Shown: positions 24,969 through 35,492, counted from the first letter of the stretch. The stretch: 54,918 nucleotides of DNA from Candidatus Zixiibacteriota bacterium (GCA_050117845.1 JASFLY010000020.1:1-54918); one strand, 5' to 3'. Program-made: numbers and translations. Notes: a model not told the origin generated them from the letters alone.

Positions 24969-25058
24969 AAACAAGGCCCGCCTCCGGCGGGCTTTATTGA
25001 TTGTTAAGCGGATTGCGGCCCTTCACTGGTACGACGGCAACGGGGGCGGCTCGACGGT

Positions 25059-25820
25059 ATGAAAACCGGGAATCTTATAAAGGTAACGGCGCTCGTGGCG
25101 GCCGCGTTCGTGGCGGGGCCGGCGGCGGCTCCTCCCGCCCGCGCCCAGGACGGCGCCACGACCGTAATAATCGCCGCCGCTACCGCCGGCGCCACGGCGC
25201 TGGCGACCCTCCTCGTCAAGGATTATTTCGACAATAAAAAGGAAGAGGAGGAGATCCAGCGCAACACCAAGGAAATCCTCGAGGAAGTCAAGCGGACGGA
25301 AACGCGGGCCGAAGCCATAGAGAACGAAAACGCCGAACTGCAGGCGAGAACCGAAGCCGCGGGAGGCGTCGCGGAATTCTGGGCCGTGCTCCTGCGGGAG
25401 GACGAGGAATTCTTCAAACCGGGCGCGATAACCGAACGCGTAATGGAGTACGACGCCGGCCTGGAGTTATTGTTCGTGCGGAATCCGAGCCTGGTTGAGA
25501 AGGTCCACGCCGGGATGTCGAATCCCGGTGGCGATTGGGAGAGGACCATTCTGGTCCGCGCGTACGGCGCCGGCATCCCCGGGGCCGACATGTGGGAAAT
25601 CCGCAAACGTATAGACATGGGCCTCGAGGGCGGCGTCGTTTCGGTGGCCGGCGAGCGGACGGCGCGGTACGTTTCGGGCGCCGAGAACATCATGGCCGTG
25701 ATGGAATACGTGCGGCGCGTGGGCGGCGAAGAGAACTACGAGGAGACGTTGGGACGGCTGTGGGGTTGCACGCCGGAAGAAGTGGACGAAGTGTTGGCCG
25801 TGTTCCCGAAGGCCGAATAG
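25059..25820 (+). CDS. Hypothetical exported/membrane protein with coiled coil
   Basis: Signal-like N-terminus, hydrophobic segment, E/K-rich helix. Confidence 0.65.
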   Translation: MKTGNLIKVTALVAAAFVAGPAAAPPARAQDGATTVIIAAATAGATALATLLVKDYFDNKKEEEEIQRNTKEILEEVKRTETRAEAIENENAELQARTEAAGGVAEFWAVLLREDEEFFKPGAITERVMEYDAGLELLFVRNPSLVEKVHAGMSNPGGDWERTILVRAYGAGIPGADMWEIRKRIDMGLEGGVVSVAGERTARYVSGAENIMAVMEYVRRVGGEENYEETLGRLWGCTPEEVDEVLAVFPKAE

Positions 25821-25867
25821 GCCGGCCGCCGTGCCGGGAGAGTTAACGCTAGGTTACCGGAGGAAAG

Positions 25868-26071
25868 ATGCCGGAAGATAAATTGAACGATTTGGAACGC
25901 CGGGTGGACGCGCTGGAACAACGCGTCGCCATGGTCGAGGACGGATACACGGTGGACGACCGGAAGAACCGGCGCGCCCGCGCGATGAACATGTGGCTGC
26001 GCATAGCGGTCTACGTGATGTTTTTGTTGCTGATGGTCCTCTTCCTCGTAGTGTTCAAAGGCAGGTTCTAG
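25868..26071 (+). CDS. Small membrane protein (coiled coil plus C-terminal TM)
   Basis: RBS GGAGG; LERRVDALEQRV; hydrophobic tail. Confidence 0.7.
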   Translation: MPEDKLNDLERRVDALEQRVAMVEDGYTVDDRKNRRARAMNMWLRIAVYVMFLLLMVLFLVVFKGRF

Positions 26072-26074
26072 GCA

Positions 26075-26428
26075 ATGGGCCGCGCTATAACGCTCGCGTT
26101 CGTGGCGTTGTTGCCGTTGGCGTGCTCGACCGACGGGCCGCCCTCGCCGCGCAACGTGACGGCCACGAGCGCCGGCGGCGGCGTGGAGCTCCACTGGGAT
26201 TGCGGCTCGTGGGAGGGCTACGCCCCTACCAGGTTCCTCGTCGAGAAGTCCGAGGGCGGTAACTACAATTTTTACGACTACGTGTGGGTGAAGGGCAACA
26301 CCCGCTTCCTGCGCGACGACGCGGTCTCGCCGAACGATTCGTATTACTATCGCGTATCCGGATGGTGGGAAGAGCCCGAAGAGGAACTGGGGCCGGCGTC
26401 GGTCGAGGTGGGCGTGGAAGTGGACTGA
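26075..26428 (+). CDS. Lipoprotein with a fibronectin type III-like domain
   Basis: Lipobox PLAC; P..P.NVTA, V.L.W, YYYRV. Confidence 0.75.
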   Translation: MGRAITLAFVALLPLACSTDGPPSPRNVTATSAGGGVELHWDCGSWEGYAPTRFLVEKSEGGNYNFYDYVWVKGNTRFLRDDAVSPNDSYYYRVSGWWEEPEEELGPASVEVGVEVD

Positions 26429-26447
26429 CGATGGCCGGTGGCGGACA

Positions 26448-28022
26448 ATGACCCGGGCGGACCTCAGAATCGCGGCCGCCCTTTTTTTAACCCTCGTCGG
26501 GTTGTACGGCCTCTTCGCGCCGGGGCACATGTACCTCCTCGACGCGTCGTTCAAGCTGACCTGGGCCGAGAACGTCCTGCACCGCGGCCAGCTTCACTTC
26601 GACCACGATCAGATAGGCAAAGAGTCCCGCATCGGCTCGTACTTCTACCCGGGCCGCGACGGCCAACTCTACATCCACTTTCCGCTCGGCGGCCTTTTCT
26701 GTATGTTGCCGCCGGCGGCCCTCGGCGCCGTGCTGGAGGCGGCGTTCCCCACGAGCGCCTACGACCTGACGTACTCCGTCGGCGCGGCGAACAACGTCCC
26801 GTGGGCGGCGGCGACGGTCGTCCTGCTGTTCTGGCTCGCCCGGCGGCTCGGAAGGCCCCGCCGGGAGGCCGGCGTCGCGGCGCTCATCTTCGGCCTCGCC
26901 ACGCCCCTCTTCCCGTACGCTACCTTCGACTTCAACGAGGTCGTGGCCGGCTTCTTCCTCCTGCTCGCGACGGCGCTTGTCGTCGACCGCTGGGAGGAGC
27001 GGAGCGCCCGGTGGTCGCTGGCCGCCGGCCTGGCGCTCGGCTTCGCGTTCACTATCCGATACGAGCTCCTGGCGTTCGCGGCCACGGCCGGGGCGTTGTG
27101 GTTCGCGTTCGCCATTCGCGACCGGTCGAGGTGGAAGGGCCTCGCGGCCTTCGTCGTCGGCTTCGCGGCCGTCGCGGCGGTGGTCCCGCTCTACAACTGG
27201 TACGCCCGCGGCGACGCCGGCGACTTCGCGTACAACAAGCTGCCGTTTTTCACCAACCTCATCAAGGCCCGCTTCGAGCCGCTAGAGGGCGGTGGCCCCT
27301 TCGCCTTCGTAGGCCGCTTCGCCTGGATATACTTCCTCTCGCCCAACATGCACAACGTACTGATCTATTGCCCGCTCGCCGTCTTCGGCGCGGCGTCGGT
27401 CCTGTCGCTCGTGCGGGCGTACGGCCGGAGGGCGTTCTTTTTAGTGGTCCCGGCGCTCGGCCTCGCCGCGGCGGTCCTCTTCACGACATACTCCAGTTGG
27501 GCCTGGGGCCTGCGTTACGCTTACCTCTTCTGGATAATACTGGCGGGGGCCGCCGTGCTCGCGCCGCGCCGGCGCAAGTGGGTGCGCGTCGCCTTCGCGC
27601 TGTGCGTGGCGTGGGGGATAGGGCTCGGCGTTCTGGCCGTCGTCGCGGACTACCAGCTGACGCAGAACGACATCGCCGTCGACGTCCTGGGCGACTCGAC
27701 GAAGGTGAACTTCCGGGGCTGGCTGCCCGAAGGCCGGGAGAACCCGCGGTACTCGCAGATAATCTGGCAGACGAAATACGCGGGGCTGGCCGTGGCGCGG
27801 ACTTTCGATTACTACGTTCACGGCGGCGAGATAGCGTGGCTCGACCGGCCCCCGCCCGGCATGAGGGGGGACACGCGGGCGCTGTTGGACATCTGGCCGA
27901 TATACGCCACCGTGCGTTGCGACGCGCCGGCCGCGGCGGCCTGGCCGCCGTATTTCCTACTATTAATAGGTACAATCGCGGCGGCGCGCTGGCTCAAGCG
28001 CTCGTTGGCCGAGGCGTCGTAA
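26448..28022 (+). CDS. Integral membrane glycosyltransferase-like protein (GT-C/PMT family)
   Basis: Many TM helices; ATPLFPYA...FNE, TIRYE, WG.RY motifs. Confidence 0.7.
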   Translation: MTRADLRIAAALFLTLVGLYGLFAPGHMYLLDASFKLTWAENVLHRGQLHFDHDQIGKESRIGSYFYPGRDGQLYIHFPLGGLFCMLPPAALGAVLEAAFPTSAYDLTYSVGAANNVPWAAATVVLLFWLARRLGRPRREAGVAALIFGLATPLFPYATFDFNEVVAGFFLLLATALVVDRWEERSARWSLAAGLALGFAFTIRYELLAFAATAGALWFAFAIRDRSRWKGLAAFVVGFAAVAAVVPLYNWYARGDAGDFAYNKLPFFTNLIKARFEPLEGGGPFAFVGRFAWIYFLSPNMHNVLIYCPLAVFGAASVLSLVRAYGRRAFFLVVPALGLAAAVLFTTYSSWAWGLRYAYLFWIILAGAAVLAPRRRKWVRVAFALCVAWGIGLGVLAVVADYQLTQNDIAVDVLGDSTKVNFRGWLPEGRENPRYSQIIWQTKYAGLAVARTFDYYVHGGEIAWLDRPPPGMRGDTRALLDIWPIYATVRCDAPAAAAWPPYFLLLIGTIAAARWLKRSLAEAS

Positions 28023-28029
28023 CGGGGGA

Positions 28030-28160
28030 GGCAGACAGGAATGTCTGCCGCACCGGAAGAAGTAGGGGCCGACCTTCAGGTCGGCGCCAGGTTCGGATGC
28101 CCGGCCCCGAGGGATACCGGCCGCTCCGGCGGCCTTCGGCAGACAAGAATGTCTGCCCCA
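28030..28160. repeat. REP-like cluster
   Basis: GGCAGACAGGAATGTCTGCC twice and GTAGGGGCCGACCTTCAGGTCGGC. Confidence 0.8.
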
Positions 28161-28215
28161 CCACGAGCCGGGCGCCTTGACCGGCCTCGTTATAGATAGT
28201 AGAATTACGTGCGAT

Positions 28216-28288
28216 GGGGGCGTAGCTCAGTTGGCAGAGCGGCGGCTTTGCAAGCCGTAGGTCGGCGGTTCGAATCCGCTCGCCTCCA
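28216..28288 (+). tRNA. tRNA-Ala (TGC)
   Basis: GGGGGCG/CGCCTCC acceptor with G3:U70, TTTGCAA loop; promoter TTGACC-17 nt-TAGAAT (28177-28205); CCA not encoded. Confidence 0.96.
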
Positions 28289-28327
28289 CATCAATATGGA
28301 AACGGCGGCCTCCGGGCCGCCGTGTTT

Positions 28328-29137
28328 CTATTCTCGGGGTAAGACCTTCGGGAATTCTTCTTGGGCCATCTCGTCCGGCACCGCCGCCTCGATTTCCGCC
28401 CATTCGACTAAATTGCGGTTGATTACTTCCATATCAAATTCAACGGGATCGTTAAGGAATATGTGGAGTTTCTTCTCGCGGTTCGCTAAGGCCAATCGGT
28501 TTATCTTGGCCGGGCTGGGGAAAGGTTGGGTACCCGTGGCAATTATGATTTCTTCCCCCGCTTCGGTTTCGAATTTAAAATGCTGAAGGAAAATGCGCGA
28601 CACGCCTACAAATCCCGTGAAATACAATCGGTCCGTACCGGCGTAGTAGGACGCTTTATCGTAGCAGGCATCGAAACCATTAAAGGCACTAGGTAGACCT
28701 TTCCCCCCAGGAGCAGCATTTAAGCACCAAAACGTCTGTCCGCCTACCGAACCGCGTTTACATTCTTCGGAAAAACCTTTTTCTCGAAATTCCTCAAGCG
28801 TTTCCCTTATTTCGTTCACTAATATCCTCTCGCCATTATTTATCCGAGTAATAAATTTGTTAAACTCCCGGGCCCTTTTCTTGTTCCTACCGTTATAATA
28901 GGTTATTTGATAACCAACCGGAATACCCGATAAATGTCTAAGGACTAGTGGTTCGCATATAACGTAAGGGGGGTCGCCTTGTGGGCCCTTTGCCATCGCC
29001 GCTTTTACGGCCATCAACGGCGTAACCTCTTTATAGTCGCAAAACCGTTCTTCGACGTCCGGGTAATACGGATACGTGGAATCGGCGAACGTAGTAGCCG
29101 CCACGAGCGTAATTAGTATCAACGAGAACCTCTTCAC
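28328..29137 (-). CDS. AT-rich hypothetical secreted protein
   Basis: RBS AGGAGG before GTG at 29137; signal peptide KRFSLILITLVAATTFA. Confidence 0.65.
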   Translation of the reverse strand: MKRFSLILITLVAATTFADSTYPYYPDVEERFCDYKEVTPLMAVKAAMAKGPQGDPPYVICEPLVLRHLSGIPVGYQITYYNGRNKKRAREFNKFITRINNGERILVNEIRETLEEFREKGFSEECKRGSVGGQTFWCLNAAPGGKGLPSAFNGFDACYDKASYYAGTDRLYFTGFVGVSRIFLQHFKFETEAGEEIIIATGTQPFPSPAKINRLALANREKKLHIFLNDPVEFDMEVINRNLVEWAEIEAAVPDEMAQEEFPKVLPRE

Positions 29138-29147
29138 GCTTACCCTC

Positions 29148-30027
29148 CTAGTCAAAACCTCGGTGCAAACCCAATCCCCGGGCGATTTCCTTCACGGCCT
29201 CGACCTCGGCCGCCGTCGTCGGCCGCGTCAAATCGGGAACCTCGTCGGCCCGGTAGCAAGGCCGGTACTGCGCCATTATATTGACGTACGTGTCCGGCGA
29301 GAGGTCGGCCAGGAAACGCAGGACCGGCTCGCCGTCGGCTAGGCCGGCCGGCAGGACGAGGTGCCGAACGAGCAACCCCCGCCGCGCGACGCCGCGGCCG
29401 TCCACGTCCAGGTCGCCCACCTGCCGGTGCATCTCGCCCAGCGCCTCCGTCATCCGGCCGTAATAATCCGGGACACCCGAGAGTCGTTCGGCCGGGTTAT
29501 TGGGGGGGGGTGGGGCCGTACTTCGCGTCGGGCATGTATATGTCCACGTAGCCGTCGAGGAGCCGCAACGTTTCGACGGCGTCGTAGCCGCCGGAGTTGT
29601 AGACGATGGGGACGGTGAGGCCCTGCGCCCGGGCGGCCTCTACGGCGGCCGCGACCGCCGGCGCGAAATGCGTCGGCGTCACGAAATTGATATTCTCGCA
29701 GCCCTGCCGCTCGAGGCCCAGCATCATCTCTGCCACCCGCTCCACCGAGACCTTCCGGCCGTCGCGGAGGTGGCTTATGTCGTAATTCTGGCAGAAGACG
29801 CAGGCCAGGTTGCAGCCGGCGAAGAAGATGGTCCCGGAGCCGCCGCGGCCCACGAGTTCGGCCTCCTCGCCGAAGTGCGGCCCGGCCGACGATACGACGG
29901 GTATGAGGCCCACGCCGCATTCGCCGACGTCGCCGTCGCCGCGCAACGCGCCGCACTCCCGGGGGCAGAGGCGGCAGGGCGACGCGAGTTCGTACAGCTC
30001 CCGGGCGGCGTTACCGGTGGGCACCAT
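29148..30027 (-). pseudogene. PflX-like radical SAM protein, frameshifted at a poly-C tract near 29502-29515
   Basis: CRLCPREC, HFGEE, GSGTIFFAGCNLACVFCQN, YMPDAKY; continues in another frame as PAERLSGVPDY...EMHRQVG, RHLVLP, NIMAQYRP. Confidence 0.88.
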
Positions 30028-30241
30028 GGTATTAATCTAACATAAGGCTCCCGCGGCCGGTACTATTCTATCCCGGGCCGTCGGGTTTATTAATAAGAAG
30101 CGGCTGGTTCCGGGCCCGCCGTTCCGGAATAGGGAAACGCCGTCCTTTGCGCGTCGATATCCCGGGGCCTTGCCGATTGTGAAATCCGCGGAGCTGTGGT
30201 ATTTTATTTACTAAATTTCCGTTCCAATATAAATAACGGCG

Positions 30242-32233
30242 ATGAAGAGCTTAAATATATGGTGTAGTATCGTCCTGTGTACGCTGGCCCTCGCGGCCTC
30301 GGCCTCGGCCGGCGTGACTATTTGGGCCACCGGGAACACCGTCAAGGTGGGGCCGAAGGACCCGCGGCCGGCGGAGACGTCGGTGTGGGACGGCGAGCGC
30401 GTCTCGCTCAAGGCCGCCCGGCGCGAGTGGGAATCCTTTCAGGTCGTAATAAATTCGGACCAGGCCCGCCTCGTCTCCTATCAGGTATTCGACCTCGAGG
30501 GTTTGCGCGGTTCCATACGCGGCGCCAACGTGGACGTCTACCGCGAGGTGTACCTGCCCGTGGCGACGCCCTCCACCGACCGCGCCACCGGCTTCACCGT
30601 CGGCGAGGGGCCCGGCCGCTATCCCGACCCGCTGGTCCCGACGGTGGGCCACACCAACGTGGCGGCGGGGGAGAACACCGTCCTCTGGTTCGACTTCTTC
30701 GTGCCGCCGGATACCGCGGCCGGGAAGTACGAGGGCCGCGTGCTATTCAAATGGTCGGGCGGCGAGTACGAGGTCCCGCTCGACCTCACTGTCTGGGACT
30801 TCGAACTCGTGCCGCCGGACCCGGCTCCCTTTGTCGCCGCCGTCTACGTCGAGGGGGTATGCGATTTATACGACGTGAAGGCGGACTCGGGCGAAGGCCG
30901 GGCGCTGGTCGAAAAGTACAACCGCCTCCTCCGGGACCACGGCTTCGAGCCGACTACGCGGGAGGCGTTCCTGTCGACCTACGAAGGAGCCACTTTCTAC
31001 GAGGGCATGGCGTACCGCGATTACTACGCCGGCCAACGGGGCTGCGGCGACGCGGTGGCCTTCTTGCCCGGCGGCCCGGCCGAGGACATCGACCGCCCCG
31101 CCGCCGACCATCGCCTCGTCGGATGGGCGCTGTGGCGGCTGGGGGGCGGCGTGGCCGGCTTCGACCGCGTTTCCTATTTCCCCCGTAAAAACGCCGAACC
31201 TCTGGCGGACGACCCGCGCAACGAAACGGCCAACGGCGCCGGGGCCCTGATATATCCCGTCGCCGATCCGGGGGGCGGCAACAGGCCCGCGCCGAGTCTG
31301 CGCTTGAAGATGCTGCGCGAGGCCGCCGAGGATTACGCTTATCTGGCGCTGCTTCGGGACACGGAAATGGCGGCCTACGCGGACGAACTCGCGGCGGGCG
31401 TCGTCCCTGTAATGCCGGCGCCGGGCGAGGCGGCCCCGGACGCGGCGACGTTCGACGAGGGCCGGAACGCCGCGGCCGTGGCGCTCGTGAAGAGCCGCTG
31501 GGGCCAGGGCATCGCGGAGAACGTCGTGCAAGGGAAGGCCGTGAGCGACGAGGGCACGCCCGTCGCCGGGGCCACGGTGCGCGTGGGGCCGACGGCGGCG
31601 GTGACCGGCCGCGACGGCGAGTACGAATTGCGGCACGTCCCCCGGGGCCGGTCGCTCGTGGCGACGGCGCCCGGATACGAGCGGGCCGGGTCCTCCGGGG
31701 CGGGGGGCCGCGGCGACTTCTACATGAAGAGGATCCTACGGCGGGGCGTCCTCAACGTCGACGGTTCCGACGTTGACGTGGACGAGAAGAGCGTGAAGCT
31801 CGCGCCCCGGGCGGACGGCAACGTCGCGGGTGGGCCGGCGCTCGTCGGTCGGGTGGAAGCTAATAAATCCGGCGTACTGAAGTTCAGGCCGCCCTTGTCC
31901 GACTGGCGGACGTTCGGCGTTTTCGCGCTCGAGTTGTACGGCGGCCCGGGGACGCGCGTCCGCGCAATAATCCGCGTCGAAGACGACGGGGGAGCGTTTT
32001 ACGAGGAATTGTTCTTCGTCGCCCCCGAGACGTGGACGACGGCCCGGGTGGACGTGGCGGCCGCCGGGGGACGGCGCTACCTCGAGCCGAAGGGGAAGGG
32101 CGACGGCCTTTCCTTCCGGGAAACGCCGGCCGTCGACTTCTCCCACGTGAAGGAAATAGAAGTGGAACTCGCGAGCGCGGCGAGCGGCGAGGTGCGTCTG
32201 GGCCGGGTTTGGCTCGAGGCCGCCGGGGAATAA
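30242..32233 (+). CDS. Secreted GH123/DUF4091-like protein with carboxypeptidase-regulatory-like and CBM-like domains
   Basis: Signal peptide; AARREWESFQV, YPDPL, P....AG.YEG, L.VWDF.L, G.LIYP, PSLRL..LRE..EDY.YL. Confidence 0.7.
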   Translation: MKSLNIWCSIVLCTLALAASASAGVTIWATGNTVKVGPKDPRPAETSVWDGERVSLKAARREWESFQVVINSDQARLVSYQVFDLEGLRGSIRGANVDVYREVYLPVATPSTDRATGFTVGEGPGRYPDPLVPTVGHTNVAAGENTVLWFDFFVPPDTAAGKYEGRVLFKWSGGEYEVPLDLTVWDFELVPPDPAPFVAAVYVEGVCDLYDVKADSGEGRALVEKYNRLLRDHGFEPTTREAFLSTYEGATFYEGMAYRDYYAGQRGCGDAVAFLPGGPAEDIDRPAADHRLVGWALWRLGGGVAGFDRVSYFPRKNAEPLADDPRNETANGAGALIYPVADPGGGNRPAPSLRLKMLREAAEDYAYLALLRDTEMAAYADELAAGVVPVMPAPGEAAPDAATFDEGRNAAAVALVKSRWGQGIAENVVQGKAVSDEGTPVAGATVRVGPTAAVTGRDGEYELRHVPRGRSLVATAPGYERAGSSGAGGRGDFYMKRILRRGVLNVDGSDVDVDEKSVKLAPRADGNVAGGPALVGRVEANKSGVLKFRPPLSDWRTFGVFALELYGGPGTRVRAIIRVEDDGGAFYEELFFVAPETWTTARVDVAAAGGRRYLEPKGKGDGLSFRETPAVDFSHVKEIEVELASAASGEVRLGRVWLEAAGE

Positions 32234-32296
32234 AATCGGCTTTGGGTTAACCGAACTTTCGAGGCCGTTTAATAAAACTGAAGAGGCGAATCGATT

Positions 32297-34231
32297 ATGA
32301 GGATAACGAAAATCGCAGCAGGGGTGTTATCTCTCTCGGTCGCAATGGGCTCCGCTTCGTGGGCCGCGATAACGATGGGGGCCGACCCGGCCTGGGAGTC
32401 GCAGGACGACGATTACGCCACCGGCGGCATGTTGTGGGACCTCGACGCCGACGGCTTCGTCGATCTGGTAGTGGGCAACGGCAACGACATGGACGAAGAA
32501 TACGACGCGGTGTTCTACAACCACGACGGCGAGCTCGAAACGGACGCGTCGTGGCGCAGCGCCGATCGCGGTTACGACGGCCATATCGATATGGGGGACG
32601 TGGACCGGGACGGCGACCTGGACGTCGTCATCACCGGATTCCTTGCGCCCCGGCTCGAGCAGTTGTACCGCAACGACGAGGGTACATTGACGGCGACGCC
32701 GGTGTGGAACAACGCCGAAATCGACGACAGCTTCTCGTGCGCCCTGGGCGACGTTGACGGCGACGGCGACCTGGACCTCGCGACCATTTCGGGTTATTTC
32801 GACTCGGCGCCCGTGCGGGTCTACACCAACAACGGCGGAACGCTCGAGACCCGCGCCTCGTGGCGGACGCCCGTCGAGTACGACTTCAACGATGTCGGCT
32901 GGTGCGACGTGGACGACGACGGCGACCTCGACCTCTTCACCGCGGGGCACGACGAACCCTGCCGCATGTTCGAGAACGACGGCGGAACGCTGCGGACCGA
33001 CCCCGCCTGGACCTCGGCCGCCACGGGGGAGTACAATCAGCTCACCTTCGGCGACGTGGACGGCGACGGCTGGCGCGACATGGTCGTGTCGGATAACGCC
33101 GGCGGCCTGGTCGAGTTTTACCGCAACGTCGGGGGTATGCTGGACACGAACTATTCCTGGTCGGCCCCGCTTCATTACGCGTCCTGCGTGAAGCTGGCGG
33201 ACGCCGACGCCGACGGCGACCCGGACCTCGCGGTCGGGGGCTGGTGGTCCCCGATACAGATTTTCGAGAACGTTAACGGCGCGTTCGGGGCGGCGCCCGT
33301 TTGGTCCTACTACCCGGCGGGCGCGGCGCTAGTGTGCGAACAGGCCATATGGGGCGACGTGGACAACGACGGCCTGCAGTTCGTCCCTGCCGAGTGCTAC
33401 GACGGCGACGGGAGCAGGACGCTCTGGTACCTGGCGCACGCCCCCCTCCACGAGTTCGCCGGCGTTCGAGTGAACGGCAGGACGCTGGGGCCTGAGGAGT
33501 ACTGCTTCCACCCCGAGGACGCCTGGGTCTCCTTCGCCCGGCCTCCCGCGGCGGGGAGCGGCAACGTCGAGTTCTCGTACGTTTATTCGACCGATCTCGA
33601 CCTCGTCGTGACGAATTGGGACGAGCCCGCGGGCAGTTACCTCTTCGAGAATACGCAGGGCGGCACGGTCAACCTCGCCCGCTGGACTATCCTTCCCGCG
33701 GACGGCGGCCTGGCCCTGCGATGGGACGTTGCCGGCGCCACGTCCGGACTATTGGGGTTCAACGTGCTTCGCCGCCGGGCGAACGTTCCCGCCGGGTCGC
33801 AACCCGTCGTGCAGGTCAACGACGCGTTGATAACGTCGGGGGGCGCGTCGTTTAACTACGTCGACCGCGAGGTGGCGGGCGAGGCCGCGTACGATTACTG
33901 GCTGGAGGCCGTCCTGGACGGCGGCGCGAGCGAAACCTTCGGGCCGCGGCGCGGCTGGACGCGCAAGGCCGCGCTGGCCCTGTACCAGAGTTATCCCAAC
34001 CCGGCGGCCTCGGCGACGACCATAGAGTTCTCGCTGGCCGCGGCGGGCGATGCCACGCTCGAGTTGTACGATTTCGCGGGGCGTCGAGTGGACGTACTGT
34101 GTCAGGGTTACCTCCGGTCCGGCGGCCACGAGATAAACCTCGACGTTACGTCTTTGCCGCCCGGGGTGTACGTTTACTGCCTGCGGGCCGGCGGCGAAAG
34201 GGCCGCCCGGAAAATGGTCGTTACGAATTAA
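32297..34231 (+). CDS. Secreted FG-GAP/VCBS-repeat protein with T9SS type A-like C-terminal domain
   Basis: Repeated GDVDGDGDLD; C-terminal LYQSYPNP...YD.AGR.V...LPPGVYVY.L. Confidence 0.88.
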   Translation: MRITKIAAGVLSLSVAMGSASWAAITMGADPAWESQDDDYATGGMLWDLDADGFVDLVVGNGNDMDEEYDAVFYNHDGELETDASWRSADRGYDGHIDMGDVDRDGDLDVVITGFLAPRLEQLYRNDEGTLTATPVWNNAEIDDSFSCALGDVDGDGDLDLATISGYFDSAPVRVYTNNGGTLETRASWRTPVEYDFNDVGWCDVDDDGDLDLFTAGHDEPCRMFENDGGTLRTDPAWTSAATGEYNQLTFGDVDGDGWRDMVVSDNAGGLVEFYRNVGGMLDTNYSWSAPLHYASCVKLADADADGDPDLAVGGWWSPIQIFENVNGAFGAAPVWSYYPAGAALVCEQAIWGDVDNDGLQFVPAECYDGDGSRTLWYLAHAPLHEFAGVRVNGRTLGPEEYCFHPEDAWVSFARPPAAGSGNVEFSYVYSTDLDLVVTNWDEPAGSYLFENTQGGTVNLARWTILPADGGLALRWDVAGATSGLLGFNVLRRRANVPAGSQPVVQVNDALITSGGASFNYVDREVAGEAAYDYWLEAVLDGGASETFGPRRGWTRKAALALYQSYPNPAASATTIEFSLAAAGDATLELYDFAGRRVDVLCQGYLRSGGHEINLDVTSLPPGVYVYCLRAGGERAARKMVVTN

Positions 34232-34242
34232 AAACGCGTTCC

Positions 34243-34271
34243 TTGACATAGCGGGGCGGCCGTCGTATAGT
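34243..34271 (+). promoter_or_regulatory. sigma70-type promoter
   Basis: TTGACA-17 nt-TATAGT. Confidence 0.75.
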
Positions 34272-34316
34272 GGCGTGTTCCGATCCTAAAAATCGTTCTT
34301 TACAAAAGGAGTTTAC

Positions 34317-35492
34317 GTGAAAGAGTTGGATTTTCATACCATCGCCGTTCAGGGCGCGTCGCCCTACGACGAAAATACCGGGGCAGTCGCGACGCCCATT
34401 TACCAGACGTCGACCTTCTCGTACTTCACAGCGGACAGGGGCGCCGCCCTTTTCGCGAAGGAAGACAAGGGTTATATTTATACCAGGCTGTCGAATCCGA
34501 CCAACGAGAAATTAGAGAAGAACATGGCGCTGCTCGAAGCCACCGAGGCCGGCCTTACTTTCGCCTCCGGCCTGGCCGCCATCAACGCGCTGGCGCTGTA
34601 TCACTGCTCGGCGGGGGACCATTTCCTCGTTCAGAAGGAACTCTACGGCGGCACGTACGAACTCTTCACCAAGCACTTCCCCCGGCTCGGCATCGAGATA
34701 ACGTACCTCACCGACATGACGGCCGACGCGGTCCGGGAGCACATTCGCGACAACACGAAACTTATATTCCTGGAGACGCCGTCGAATCCGCTTCTCCATA
34801 TAGTCGACATCGAGGCCGTAGCGGGAATCGCCCGCGAGGCCGGCGTGCCGCTGGCGGTGGACAACACCTTCGCGACGTCGTACCTGACCCAGCCCGTCAA
34901 ACTCGGAGCCACATTCGCCGTCCACTCCGCCACGAAGTACATCGGCGGCCACGGCGACTGTATCGGCGGCATCGTCACCGGCCCCCGGGAGGCCATCGAC
35001 GGAATGCGGGCGAGCACCTACAAGGACCTCGGCGCCACGACGTCGCCGTTCAACGCCTTCCTCTTCCTGCGCGGCCTGAAGACGCTGCCGCTCCGCGTCG
35101 ACCGGCACTGCGCGACGGCGGGCCGTATCGCCGAATTCCTGGCGGCGCACGACAAGGTTAAAAAGGTCTATTACCCCGGCCTCCAGGATCACCCGGGCCA
35201 CGAACTCGCGCGGAAGCAGATGCGCCTCTTCGGCGGCATGGTGGGCTTCGAGGTCGCGGGGTTCGACGACGCGAAGAAGTTCCTGGACTCCCTCCAGCTC
35301 TGCGTGCAGGCGGTGAGCCTGGGCGACGTCATCACGCTCATAGAACACCCGGCGTCGACGACGCACCACGCCTACCCGAAGGAGGAACTCGGCGACGTGG
35401 GCCTGAGCGAGGGTTACATCCGCATCTCGGTGGGTCTGGAGGACGCGGACGACCTGATAGACGACATCGCGGAAGGGCTGAAGAAGATTTAA
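34317..35492 (+). CDS. Methionine gamma-lyase / Cys-Met metabolism PLP-dependent enzyme
   Basis: PIYQTSTF, YIYTRLSNPT, ETPSNP, VDNTF, HSATKYIGGHGD, AVSLG, EHPASTTH. Confidence 0.93.
   Translation: MKELDFHTIAVQGASPYDENTGAVATPIYQTSTFSYFTADRGAALFAKEDKGYIYTRLSNPTNEKLEKNMALLEATEAGLTFASGLAAINALALYHCSAGDHFLVQKELYGGTYELFTKHFPRLGIEITYLTDMTADAVREHIRDNTKLIFLETPSNPLLHIVDIEAVAGIAREAGVPLAVDNTFATSYLTQPVKLGATFAVHSATKYIGGHGDCIGGIVTGPREAIDGMRASTYKDLGATTSPFNAFLFLRGLKTLPLRVDRHCATAGRIAEFLAAHDKVKKVYYPGLQDHPGHELARKQMRLFGGMVGFEVAGFDDAKKFLDSLQLCVQAVSLGDVITLIEHPASTTHHAYPKEELGDVGLSEGYIRISVGLEDADDLIDDIAEGLKKI

Noticed and set aside
28216..29150. Integrative element at tRNA-Ala or tRNA-Sec
   Set aside because: No integrase and no duplicated tRNA 3' end were found.
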